A stretch of DNA of 64,000 bases from a bacterium (GTDB lineage Bacteria; Electryoneota; Electryoneia; Electryoneales; Electryoneaceae), in NCBI GenBank assembly GCA_963669175.1, contig OY769902.1, positions 1,120,001 through 1,184,000 of the forward strand, read 5' to 3'. Below are positions 49,129 through 59,568 of this stretch, in pieces. The stretch's first letter is position 1, and every line of letters begins with the position of its first letter. Both the position numbers and the translations under genes were made by a program. The notes under the pieces were generated by a model that was not told the origin of the DNA, searched no databases, and was given only the letters and a program-made list of their open reading frames with translations.

Positions 49129-51438
49129 TTGTATAAGACTTCCTGGAAAAAGAGTTTACTTTTTCTGTTTCCTGTCTTGTTCGGGTTTATTGGCGCGCTG
49201 CATGCTGAGACCCGAATGAGGCAGGATAACGGGGTGGAATGGCTGGGTGACTTTTTAACCAGCCATGATGACTATTTCTCATTCGTAGAGTATCCCTACA
49301 TTTATGTCTGTGACAATTATGGTGTCCGATTGCATGAGATTGTGCAGGACGGCGCCACCACCATCGAATTTCGAGACATGCTTCCCGGTCACGCTTATAA
49401 CGAAGGTGAGCTGTTCTGGGTGAAGGATGGCATGGTGGTGTGGGGCAGTGAAGAGCTGAATATCGCGCACCGGGAGGACAACGAACTCATTGTTGACTAC
49501 CAGGCTTTCTGGAGTGACCGATTGTCCTGGGGCTGTGATATTTCAGACAATAACCTGCTGATTACGAACAATGGCATTCTTGATGTCTCCGATCCGACCG
49601 CGCCATACCTGTGGAGCAACAACATAACGGTTTCAACTTCGTCCATCATTGTGGGAGACAGGTTGTTCAAGTGCAGTTCTGTGTCAACACCGCCTCTGAT
49701 CGTATATGACATATCCGATCCGGACAACCCTGTAGAGGTGGATGGCGCTAATGGACATTTTGGCACCTTTGACCATCTTTACAGACCGCAGCACATCAAT
49801 AATACCCTTGCATTTTTTACCATGGACGGTATAGAGTTTGTATTTCTGGATGACTCACTGAATATCGACCATACCCAGTTCTGGGATTATTATGCCATTT
49901 ACGAACCCTATCCAACCTTCTATCCGGATGGATTTTGCGTATTGCATGACAGTTTGTATGTTTTATTTGTTTACGAGACAAATGCCAGCTTCAATCGTTA
50001 TCCTCGAGTATACCTCTTCGATCCCGATGAATCGGAAGGAGATGTGGATGTGATGACGGTCAATCTTCCCGGGACCTGGGGAAGAAATCACGAATATCTT
50101 GGGTACGGTCGAGGTTGCCACGCTGATGGAAGGTGGTTATTTATAAATCAACTAGGTATTGTGCGGTTATACAGTTTTTATGACATAACAGCTCCGTTCT
50201 ATGTGTATGATTCAACAGATCTGTATCCAGCTCCCGGTAGAACTTCAGCATTCAGACATGTTTGTTTGACTGACACTCTACTCGTGACGGAAACCGGTGA
50301 CAATGTGTTTTCTCTGATGCAGTTGAACACTGGAGGTGCTTTACAGAAGTTGGGCTTTTTTGAACCTTCAGGACGCGAAGGTACAATACATTATGGTGAT
50401 ATAAAGGATTCAACGATCGTATTCAGCGCCGATCGCGATGCTGGTAGATTATTTGTATTTGAGATACAAGCCGACAGCACGATAGAAGAGCAGTATACCT
50501 TTATGGATGGTGGAGATGAAAGAGGATGGATACTCTCGCTTGACAGGGTTTCGGATCAACTGCTTTGCGCGGTGAACTGTAATCATGATCTCAGGTTGTA
50601 CCGACTGGATGAAACAGAAGCTGTACCTGTATACGAAGATACAGTCGGTACCCCCCTGAACGCCGAATGGGTTGGCGATAGCCTGTTCTGTGTTATTGGC
50701 GATGGTAACTTGAGGATTGCCTGGTACAGGCTACAGGATGATACATCCCTGGTTCTGATTGACTCCGTTGGTTTTGGTGGCGCGATTCCAACGTACAGGC
50801 AACCTTTCATCAGTGGTGACCGTCTGGCTGTTGGACCGTTTCTCTTCTCGATTGAAAACAACGAACTTACCCTGCTGCACCGGTTTGAGTATGGCCCACG
50901 GAATGTGTGGCAAGAAGCAGTTGATCTGGACGGTGATCGACTATTAATCCACGTTTGGCGGGAAGTTGGCCACAGCCTTGCCATCCTTGATCTTTCCGAG
51001 GGCAGTTATACAGATTCAGTTGCGTTTGTTATGAATGGAACCCGCGCCGCTCAACTGGTTGGAGATACGCTCTGGGCCTGGAGCGATTATGCGCTGATGA
51101 AGTTCCTGGTTACAGGTGATTTTGTCGATGTTTTGGATGAACCTGTTCCTGAACCTGATAACATGACGTTTCAATTGCAGTCCGTTTACCCCAACCCGTT
51201 CAATTCGGATGCCCATGTTCTCTTCACATTGCCGCAAGCAGCAGATGCGAAGGTCACCGTCTTTAATATCCTCGGTCAGCATGTGGCAACCTTGCTGGAT
51301 CAACGGATGAATGCCGGTGAATATCATATCATCTGGAATGGCGCCACTGCGAGCGGAGTTGCCCCGTCAGGCGTATACTTTATCCGGGCAGAGTGTAACC
51401 GGCAAGTGCAGGTTCAGAAGGCTATGCTGATACGGTAG
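49129..51438 (+). CDS. Large secreted beta-rich (LVIVD-like) protein with C-terminal sorting domain
   Basis: Signal peptide, LDVSDP/YDISDP repeats, YPNPFN CTD. Confidence 0.78.
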   Translation: MYKTSWKKSLLFLFPVLFGFIGALHAETRMRQDNGVEWLGDFLTSHDDYFSFVEYPYIYVCDNYGVRLHEIVQDGATTIEFRDMLPGHAYNEGELFWVKDGMVVWGSEELNIAHREDNELIVDYQAFWSDRLSWGCDISDNNLLITNNGILDVSDPTAPYLWSNNITVSTSSIIVGDRLFKCSSVSTPPLIVYDISDPDNPVEVDGANGHFGTFDHLYRPQHINNTLAFFTMDGIEFVFLDDSLNIDHTQFWDYYAIYEPYPTFYPDGFCVLHDSLYVLFVYETNASFNRYPRVYLFDPDESEGDVDVMTVNLPGTWGRNHEYLGYGRGCHADGRWLFINQLGIVRLYSFYDITAPFYVYDSTDLYPAPGRTSAFRHVCLTDTLLVTETGDNVFSLMQLNTGGALQKLGFFEPSGREGTIHYGDIKDSTIVFSADRDAGRLFVFEIQADSTIEEQYTFMDGGDERGWILSLDRVSDQLLCAVNCNHDLRLYRLDETEAVPVYEDTVGTPLNAEWVGDSLFCVIGDGNLRIAWYRLQDDTSLVLIDSVGFGGAIPTYRQPFISGDRLAVGPFLFSIENNELTLLHRFEYGPRNVWQEAVDLDGDRLLIHVWREVGHSLAILDLSEGSYTDSVAFVMNGTRAAQLVGDTLWAWSDYALMKFLVTGDFVDVLDEPVPEPDNMTFQLQSVYPNPFNSDAHVLFTLPQAADAKVTVFNILGQHVATLLDQRMNAGEYHIIWNGATASGVAPSGVYFIRAECNRQVQVQKAMLIR

Positions 51439-51471
51439 TCCTTGTCCCGACACACGCAGTCTGGTCACCCG

Positions 51472-51699
51472 CATATTTACTCCGGAAGGAGTAACCTAAT
51501 AAATATCAAAAGTATACAGTGGCAATATTCAGGCAACCCGCTGCCGGGGTTGGCAAGTAGCGTACATTTTATTCCCACCGTGAGCGCCAAACAGACGGCG
51601 CTGGACGGTGGGCTGATACAGAGAACCACTGCCGTGGTTCTTGTACTGGCCATTCCATCAAATACCACATTTGAAATTGCATTGATGAAATATTCGGGC
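51472..51699 (+). mobile_element. MITE family B, partial (right half)
   Basis: Matches ~20428-20655 including the TGAAATATTCGGG end. Confidence 0.8.
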
Positions 51700-51780
51700 G
51701 AAAAATACGGGCAACATCTGATGATCGTGGTTCTGTGTTTTGGGTGAAGAGCAAGTCGGGTATGAGCTACAACTGCAGCA

Positions 51781-54720
51781 TCAATAATAGCTGCCGCTGA
51801 TGCTTCCGCTACCGCCCTGACCGCCACGCTGTTCGAACTTCACATCACGCAGCATGCTGGATTTCAGGCCGATGACGAGATAAAAACCGGGACGGAAGCC
51901 GAAGGGGCTCCATTGCAGGGTGCCCTGCCAGCAGTGCAGGTCGCGTGTGACCGCAATGGATCCCAGGGTGATGGAGCGATCCAGCAGGTCCATGCTGGTC
52001 GAATAGCTGAACGCCCAGTTCTGGGTCAGGTTCAGCGTCATATTTGCGGACAGCCGTAACGATTCCGAGGGGTACATCGGGTCTGTCATGCTCAGGTTGT
52101 ATCTCAGGCCACCACTGATTGTCCAGGGATCTTTCCCGCCAGCGGCTCGCCGGGCTCGATCCAACATAGGATCATCAAAACGGTCGGACTGGGAATCCAC
52201 CGGAGGTGGTCCTTCACCATTCTCGAAGTCCAGCGAATCCTGTTCCGCTTCTCTGTCTTGACGTGTCGGGGCGCTGCTCACGACAAAAGGACTGCCACCG
52301 GACATGGAATAGCCGACATTGGCCGACAGGTTAGTCAGACGCAGCAGGTTGATGCCTGCATTGGGACGATCCCAGTAAAACTTGTTGATCTGCCTTCGTC
52401 GTATGGTCCCGTTTTCTTCCCACTCCCCGATCTGATAGAAGCTGTGGGTGGCGCTCATGTCGAACGTGAGCCGTTTCAGCGGACCGGCCTGGGCCAGGTT
52501 CTCGATGACACGGAATGATGTGGAGAAATTACTCCATTTCATGCTGTCGGCAGCCATGTTCACGCTGGTGCTGAAATTCAGGTTGAACAGGTCTTTCTTG
52601 ACCTCTTCCTCTTCACCTTCCTTGTTCAGCACTCCGCGTTTCATCTGGAACAGGTTGTCCAGGCTGAAACGCAGGGCCATCTGGCGTCCGCGTGGGGTGC
52701 CGCTGTACGCGCTTCCGGCATACTTGTCATAGCTGGATTCGGTATCTGTGCTGTCATAGAGATAGGTGTAATAGTTCCATTCCGGGTCGCTATAGTCGGG
52801 ACGGAAGGTGAAATTGACCGATGGCGTTACAACGTGACGAATGGTTTTGACTGACCAGCGGTTGATATTGAAATAACCATACAGCTTGGTTGACGTGTTG
52901 AGCCCGGCAGATCCGATAGCACGCCCATACACGCCACGTTCCTGTATATTCTGCAGACTGCCGCCAATGGTCAGCGAGTAATCCCGTCGTTCGTTCAGCA
53001 AGTCTGCGTAGATGGTGGCGTTTGGGTTTACGGTAATGTATTTCATGACTTTCAAAGGCGAGTTTATACTGACTGTCTGTCGAATACCGCTGGTATATTC
53101 TTCGTGCAGGGTGCCGGTCGTAGGATCATTGTTGGTCATACCCTCACGAGTAACCTTCCGCAGGTTCTTCATGTTGGCGCTGTAATTCAGGGTGATATTT
53201 CGATACCAGGGATCTACTTCGTCTTCCTCGTCCATTTCGACTTCGATACGTTCTTCCGGACGCCGGTAAATAACATTGGGATCCTTGTCTTTTTTCTCGT
53301 CTTCACCGGGGAAGAGGGTAATCGTTGGCACACGAATACTGATCACCGGCAATTCCTGGCTATTCGCATCTGTCAGCAGGTTCTGCTTGTGACTCAGGTT
53401 GATGGTCGTGTTTACGCCATTGGTAAAACTCTTGGTGATCGTGGCGTCGGAATTCACATTTTTATTAACAATCTGGTTGGTGTTGTAGGAAGTGTTGTTG
53501 TAGTAGCCGCCGCTGGATACGTATTTACCGTTGATACGGATTTTCAATGTGGGATCGATATCCTGGTTGTGGGACCAGGCGACGTCAAAATCGCCACGCG
53601 AGCCTGACTGGTTGCTGTAGGAACCGTTAATGCGGCCATCCAGGACATAGCGTTTTTTGTAGTTGATATCATAACGGTGGAAGGTGCCGGCTTTTTCATA
53701 GAAGTCCATGATCATCTTGGCGTCCCAATACTCGGAACCGGCATAATAATAGCCGAAGCCGCGCAGGTTACGTCCCTTGGAACGATCGTCGCCATAGGTG
53801 GGGATCAGGATGCCGCTACGTCGTCCGGACTGAATAGAGAACACACCGAATGGCAGCGCGAAAACAGGCACATCGCCAAAACGCAGGACAATCGGCTCTG
53901 CGACCACTTTATCGCCACGGACCATTTTCATCTTGTTGCTGGTGAATCTGTAATGGGGTGGGTCTTCTTCACAACTGGTGAAATACCCGTCGTGAACGAA
54001 GAACACATCGTCCGTGATCTTCTGAAGCTCATCGCCCCCGTAATAGCCGACCTGATCCTTGGTTCTTCCTTTTACGACATAGCCCTGCTTGTTTTTCATG
54101 TTGAGCTTCATATTCGACCCGGTCATCACCTGGCCCTGGTCGGAGAAGGTCGGAAGCCCTTTGACAATAATTGTATCAATCTCGGTTTCTGTCGTATCGG
54201 TCCAAAGGGTGTCATACCCCTCTGAAGCCAGCATCATGTTGTTGTCCCAGTCCACGATGATCTCGTTCGCTTCCAGGGTGGACTGTTTGTACTTGACCTT
54301 GGCGCGTCCGGTCAGGATCGTAGTGCGTCGTGGAACATCGAACCGGATGTTTTCGGCTGAATAGGTAATGGTGGTATCGACCTGATCTTCGTCCTGGGGA
54401 CGCTCAGCAAGAGAATCAGCTTCAAGGGAATCTGTTAAGGTAGAGTCCATCGCCAGGGAATCCGCCAGGGTGGAGTCAACCGCCAGCGAGTCTGAAGTGT
54501 CGAGAGAATCTTCACGGGTTGAATCTGTCAGCGCAACATGCACTGAATCAAGGTGTCCGGCGTCTCCCAGGCTATCGGCAGTAGTGGTGTCCTCTGTTTT
54601 TCCCTGGGAGGTATGCGGTTTTTGCGTACCCTTGCCGAACCACCCGGCGCATCCGGCCAGGATTGCCGTAGCGAACAGCAACGCGAGGAAAATCGGAGCG
54701 TGAATGCGTCCACGGTTCAC
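51781..54720 (-). CDS. lptD: LPS-assembly protein LptD-like
   Basis: ITYSA, GYFTSC..PHY, RRSGILIPTYG, RDLHCW motifs, beta-barrel C-terminus. Confidence 0.85.
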   Translation of the reverse strand: MNRGRIHAPIFLALLFATAILAGCAGWFGKGTQKPHTSQGKTEDTTTADSLGDAGHLDSVHVALTDSTREDSLDTSDSLAVDSTLADSLAMDSTLTDSLEADSLAERPQDEDQVDTTITYSAENIRFDVPRRTTILTGRAKVKYKQSTLEANEIIVDWDNNMMLASEGYDTLWTDTTETEIDTIIVKGLPTFSDQGQVMTGSNMKLNMKNKQGYVVKGRTKDQVGYYGGDELQKITDDVFFVHDGYFTSCEEDPPHYRFTSNKMKMVRGDKVVAEPIVLRFGDVPVFALPFGVFSIQSGRRSGILIPTYGDDRSKGRNLRGFGYYYAGSEYWDAKMIMDFYEKAGTFHRYDINYKKRYVLDGRINGSYSNQSGSRGDFDVAWSHNQDIDPTLKIRINGKYVSSGGYYNNTSYNTNQIVNKNVNSDATITKSFTNGVNTTINLSHKQNLLTDANSQELPVISIRVPTITLFPGEDEKKDKDPNVIYRRPEERIEVEMDEEDEVDPWYRNITLNYSANMKNLRKVTREGMTNNDPTTGTLHEEYTSGIRQTVSINSPLKVMKYITVNPNATIYADLLNERRDYSLTIGGSLQNIQERGVYGRAIGSAGLNTSTKLYGYFNINRWSVKTIRHVVTPSVNFTFRPDYSDPEWNYYTYLYDSTDTESSYDKYAGSAYSGTPRGRQMALRFSLDNLFQMKRGVLNKEGEEEEVKKDLFNLNFSTSVNMAADSMKWSNFSTSFRVIENLAQAGPLKRLTFDMSATHSFYQIGEWEENGTIRRRQINKFYWDRPNAGINLLRLTNLSANVGYSMSGGSPFVVSSAPTRQDREAEQDSLDFENGEGPPPVDSQSDRFDDPMLDRARRAAGGKDPWTISGGLRYNLSMTDPMYPSESLRLSANMTLNLTQNWAFSYSTSMDLLDRSITLGSIAVTRDLHCWQGTLQWSPFGFRPGFYLVIGLKSSMLRDVKFEQRGGQGGSGSISGSYY

Positions 54721-56117
54721 CGGCTTTCCTCCCCGTTGGAGGCGTCGGGTTTTGACCCTGCGCGGATCTGTTCACGGATTCGATCCAGTTCCTCAAGCCG
54801 ATGTTTGATTTTCGCTTCAGCCCCGAAGTTCTTCGGACGGTAGAATTTTCTTCCGGCCAGTTCTTCGGGCAGACACGGCATTGCGGAAGTGGCGTTGGCC
54901 TCGTTGTGGGCGTATACATACCCTTCGCCGTATCCCTGCGCCTTCATCAGCTTGGTCGGTGCGTTCCGTATCTGGAGCGGGATAGGCGGGAGGTTGCCTT
55001 TTCGGACCTCTTCCTGGGCTTCGTTGATCGCAACATAGGCCGCGTTGGATTTCTCACTGGCGGCGAGGTATGTGGTGACTTGCGATAAAACGATTCTACC
55101 CTCCGGCATCCCGATCTTGTGTACCGCATCAAAGCCGGCCTGGGCCAGCAGCAGGGCGTTGGGGTTGGCATTGCCGACATCTTCGCTGGCGAGGATAATC
55201 AGACGGCGTGCGATGAACAAGGGATCTTCACCAGCCTCGATCATGCGCGCCAGGTAGTACACCGCTGCATCCGGGTCACTGTTCCGAACGCTCTTGATGA
55301 AGGCGCTGATGGTGTCGTAATGCCGGTCGCCGCTCTTGTCATAACGTGATAAGGCTTGTGCAGCGACAGTTTCCAGCAGTTTGAGATCGACACGCTTTTT
55401 CTTCAGGTGCCTAGCACGCTCCAGCGAGCGTTCCAGCAGGTTCAAACATTCGCGCGCATCCCCGGAGGCCAGTGCAATCAGCGCTGTACGGGCTTTCTTG
55501 TCCAGAAGAATGCCGGCTTCACTGGTTTCCGGATCAGCCTGGTAGACATGGCCAATCAGGCTGCTCAATTCATCTTTGTTCAAGGGGTTGAAACGGTACA
55601 CCCTGCACCGTGACAATAAAGGTGCGATTACTTCAAATGACGGATTTTCGGTAGTAGCGCCGATAAGGGTAACAACACCCTCTTCGACTGCATGCAGTAG
55701 CGCGTCCTGCTGGGCTTTGTTGAAACGGTGGATTTCGTCGATGAACAGAACCGTTCTGCGTTCCTGTCTGCGCATGGTTGTCGCACGGTCAATCACCTGG
55801 CGAACATCTTTCACACCGCTGGTGACTGCGGAGAGCTGAAGGAAATCGGCATCAACATGGCCTGCCAGTAAACGTGCCAGGGTTGTCTTGCCGATCCCAG
55901 GGTCTCCCCAGAAAATCATGGAATGCAGTTTGCCGGAATCGAGCAGGGGACGAAGAGCGCCCTGTTTGCCAACAAGGTGCCGCTGCCCGAAGAAGGATGA
56001 CAACTCGGCAGGGCGCATGCGTTCAGCCAGGGGAAGACCGGCAGCATGTGCGTCTCTCCCTGGCGCAGCGGGTGTACCCGGGGCAAACAGGTTTTCGTTC
56101 TGAGTTGTCTCCAGCAT
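54717..56117 (-). CDS. rarA: Replication-associated recombination protein A (MgsA)
   Basis: PLAERMRP, WGDPGIGKTT, FIDEIHRFNKAQQD, HYDTISAFIKS, SEDVGNA. Confidence 0.95.
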   Translation of the reverse strand: MLETTQNENLFAPGTPAAPGRDAHAAGLPLAERMRPAELSSFFGQRHLVGKQGALRPLLDSGKLHSMIFWGDPGIGKTTLARLLAGHVDADFLQLSAVTSGVKDVRQVIDRATTMRRQERRTVLFIDEIHRFNKAQQDALLHAVEEGVVTLIGATTENPSFEVIAPLLSRCRVYRFNPLNKDELSSLIGHVYQADPETSEAGILLDKKARTALIALASGDARECLNLLERSLERARHLKKKRVDLKLLETVAAQALSRYDKSGDRHYDTISAFIKSVRNSDPDAAVYYLARMIEAGEDPLFIARRLIILASEDVGNANPNALLLAQAGFDAVHKIGMPEGRIVLSQVTTYLAASEKSNAAYVAINEAQEEVRKGNLPPIPLQIRNAPTKLMKAQGYGEGYVYAHNEANATSAMPCLPEELAGRKFYRPKNFGAEAKIKHRLEELDRIREQIRAGSKPDASNGEESR

Positions 56118-56632
56118 CCCTGTCGCGAAAATTTCTGGTCTTTTCCGGGTCTATGGCCCCGGCCTACCGCAAAACAAGATAAGGTAGGCCCGAAGGGACA
56201 AGAGGGGCAAGTTACATGGTTCCAGGCTATTGTTTACCCGGCGCTCAGTCAGGGATCACTATTCGAACAGGATGTGGATACTTAGCCTCTATTGACTTCG
56301 CAAGGTATGGAGCCAAAAACACTCGTCTCAAAGCGGGGGGAATACTGCTATTGCGCATGGCAGGCCTGTTTTCCTAGTTTGTTACCCCGGAGGGTGTCAC
56401 AACCATCTCATATCTCTAGTCAAGTCGATTTTTACACTTGGGCTTGAATAATTGTCTACAAATGGGTAAACTATACTATTGTCCAGGGAGAACAAGTTTC
56501 TCTGTGGAGTCTGGTGGGATTGCCGGTTTAATTAAAAATTGGCATATTACTTTCTTGTAGCGTTGTGCAGACAGACTGGTTTTTTCGTTTTGAAAGTCAG
56601 ATACAGCTAGCCATAGGTAAAAGGAGATCAAG

Positions 56633-58669
56633 ATGCAAAAGCGATCTGCGCTGAGCCTTCTTTTCATTGGGCTGCTTGTTGTTTCAAGCGCTCACGCCTT
56701 CCCGCGCACAAAAGTTCTGTATGAGAACTTCTCGGCGGACTGGTGACCATACTGCGGACCAGCGTCGCTGGTCCTCGACAACTTTTACAACGACGTGAAC
56801 TACGAAGCTGCTATTATCACGTACAGCACTTCAGGGAGCGATCCGTTCAGGGCGTACAATTCTGCCTATCACACCGCCCGTGCGACTTATTACGGGGCAA
56901 GCGGGATTCCGCATTGCTGGTGCGACGGAGTGCTGGATTTCCACCCTGGTTCTGCAAGCAACCTGACCAATGCGTACAACCAGCGCATAAACGATGATTG
57001 TCCGATTTCAATCGACATCTTCGCTGCTGCCGCCGGTGACGAGGTCAGTGTGACGGCAACGGTGAACAGCGGTGATGAAGCTGTAAATGGCAGCTATGTC
57101 TTGCATATGGCTCTTGTCTGCCTGGATTGGAGCCACTACAACTATAACGCCGGCCAGGAGTATGGCCATCATAGCCTTTTGGACATGTCGCCGAATGCCA
57201 GTGGGCAGACTTTCGCGATTGATGCGAATTCCACGGAAACCTTTACGGGTTCATTCGAGTGGCCGATCACGTTGCAGGGCTATGAGATTGAATTCGACAA
57301 TGTTGAAGTTATTGTCTGGGTACAGAACACGACCACGGATGATGTGATCCAGTGCCAGGCCAGCGAGCTGGCGACGGACTACATGTTTACGGCAGAAGCG
57401 GAAGTGCTTAATTCGCTGGCGCCTGTCGGCGTAGCTCAAAGCTTTGATATCGACATTGACAATGTTGGGTTACAGCAGGATACATACGATATCACAGTTT
57501 CCTCTGATCTTCCCGATACCTGGAGTTTCAGTTACACAACCCCGGATGGCGACCAGAGCGGCAACTCTACCCTTACAGTTGCTTCCATGGAAAGCTATAC
57601 CAGCACTCTTACCATCACACCGGATGATGTCGAAGGCGCTTCAGGAAGCATGGAAATTACTATCTCGTCACAGACAGTTCCGGCAATGAGCTATTCATTC
57701 CCGTTCTTCGTGATGAATACGCCGCGCGTGCTGGTGGTAAATGGTGACCCGGAAGGCAACTACGGTGATTTCTACGAAAGCGCCATTGAAAACGCTGCAA
57801 ACATCAATTTGGACGGAAATCTGAGCTGGGGTGTCTGGCCGGTATATGAGAATGAATTGACCGCATTCGATCTTGCTTTCGTTTCTTCAGAACTGATGAT
57901 CTGGTTTATTGGTGATGGTGGCAATATCCAGGACACACACGTTTCCGGACTGGTGTCCTATCTGAACCAGGGCCACAACCTGTGGATCAGTGGCAGCGCT
58001 TCACCACAGCGTATTGATGATACCGTATTGTTAAGTATGATGGGGGCCGATTACCAGGGCACCTATCCGTCAGGAGTATCGGTTTCCGGTGTTGATGGTG
58101 ACCCGGTTGGCGATGGCCTGACCCTTAACCTTGGCGGTGGCGACGGTGCAGATAACCTTGGTGTGCCAACATCCATGACCCTCGATGGCGGCACCCAGTG
58201 CATCATGTACTCGGCTATTCGTCGCGCAGGTGTCCGTAACGAAGGCGAAACAGGCTATCGCACACTTCTGCTTGGCTTCCCGTTTGAAGCCATTGCCGAT
58301 GAAGACAGCCGTAACACCTTCATGCTTCAAGCTTTGGGGTGGTTAGTTCCCGCGGGCTGGGGAGATGCGCCGGAGCTGGGGGGTCATTCTACCCCACAGG
58401 AGTTCAGCCTGAGTCAGAATCATCCGAACCCCTTCAACCCAACCACAGAGATCGCGTTTAACCTGCCCGCCCGTGCGGAGGTATCGGTAACCGTGTATGA
58501 TGTGATGGGACGTGAAGTGGTACGGTTGGCGAATGGAACGTACACCGCAGGCAGCCATCAGCTTACGTTTGACGGCAGCCACCTGGCCAGCGGCGTCTAT
58601 TTCTGCCGTATGACCGTGACCGGTGAACAGAGTTTCGAAGCCACGCGAAAGATGATGCTGATGAAGTAA
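56633..58669 (+). CDS. Probable selenoprotein: secreted Omp28-like thioredoxin-fold protein (UxxC) with Ig-like domains and C-terminal sorting domain
   Basis: AAGGAG RBS, ATG 56633, signal peptide, in-frame TGA 56744-56746 in ADW-U-PYC continuing into ORF 56795-58669, downstream hairpin. The paralog has C-S-P-C at the same place. Confidence 0.85.
56756..56774 (+). promoter_or_regulatory. Putative bacterial SECIS hairpin
   Basis: GGACCAGC-GTC-GCTGGTCC, stem starts after a 9-nt spacer behind the UGA, G(U) in the apical loop. Confidence 0.7.
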
Positions 58670-58769
58670 CCTGCTTGGTATCTTGAATCCGTTTGTGTAG
58701 TTTATTTATAGAACGGAGATTCTCTTCTGGTGGACCGATTCACATGGATCGGTCCACCAGGAAACAGTA

Positions 58770-58797
58770 AGCCCGATGGGAATCCGTCGGGTTTTTT
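58770..58797 (+). terminator. Rho-independent terminator, insertion target of the intron
   Basis: gcccgatgg-gaat-ccgtcgggt followed by ttttt. Confidence 0.85.
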
Positions 58798-58800
58798 CTG

Positions 58801-59464
58801 GTGTGCCAGGCATGGTGTATCGCTAATGGGGTGCAAGTCCCCTGTGGGCCTTGATGACAGGAACCAGTAGCCCAAGGCAAGGGCGTCGTCGTGAGGCGGG
58901 GTCTGGAGGAAGCCGGAGGCGGATGTTGGACTCGACGAACAGGAATCGGATAGAAGGCCGTCTCAGCAGGGTAACGTGGCCATGGACACGGACGCCCGAT
59001 GTCATCCGGATGCTGTGACGGTAAATCCGGCGAGGGCCAACAGAAAGCGGTACATCTTACCCTGGGAGGCCTCACAGTCTGTCGGTATGATGCCGACTAC
59101 CGGTCCAGCGATGGAAGGGAAGGGCGGTGAGGAGTCAGCCGAGGCCATAGTAGTCACCCACCGGGTGATGAAGGGCCGAATCCTTTGATGCAAGGAGCAG
59201 TCTTGTATTCTCAGAAGTCATGGAGTTGCTGCAAAGAGGATGTTGATCTGGAAAAGACAACATCACGCCACGATACGTCTGGTAACCGCAGAACGAGAAC
59301 TGGGGTATTCGAGGAGTAACAAATGCTTCTGGCGTTGACCAAAGCACGAGCCTTGGCGGTTGTTTACCGCAACCGTTCCCACATCGAAGGAAACCGCCGT
59401 GGTACCGAGCAGGTATGCCCGGTGGTGTGAGAGAGGGGCATCGTGAGATGCCCCCCTACTCGAT
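58801..59464 (+). mobile_element. ORF-less group IIC intron (~664 nt)
   Basis: 5' end GTGTGCCAGGCATGG, domain V ACCGCCG...CGGTGGT with CGC triad, domain VI with bulged A ending CTACTCGAT, located 3 nt after a terminator U-tract, no RT ORF. Confidence 0.88.
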
Positions 59465-59568
59465 TCGTCAAGATAGCACGTTGAAAAAGCGAACATATTT
59501 ATCGAGAAAGAAGATAGAGTAGGAGAACCATTAACAGAACGATAATCATTGTGCGAGGGGGGAAAAAG

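Noticed and set aside
56744-56746. TGA read as Trp/Gly under an alternative genetic code
   Set aside because: TGA terminates well-defined genes at their expected C-termini (upp 14793, and also 10564 and 23750), and other long ORFs have no internal TGA
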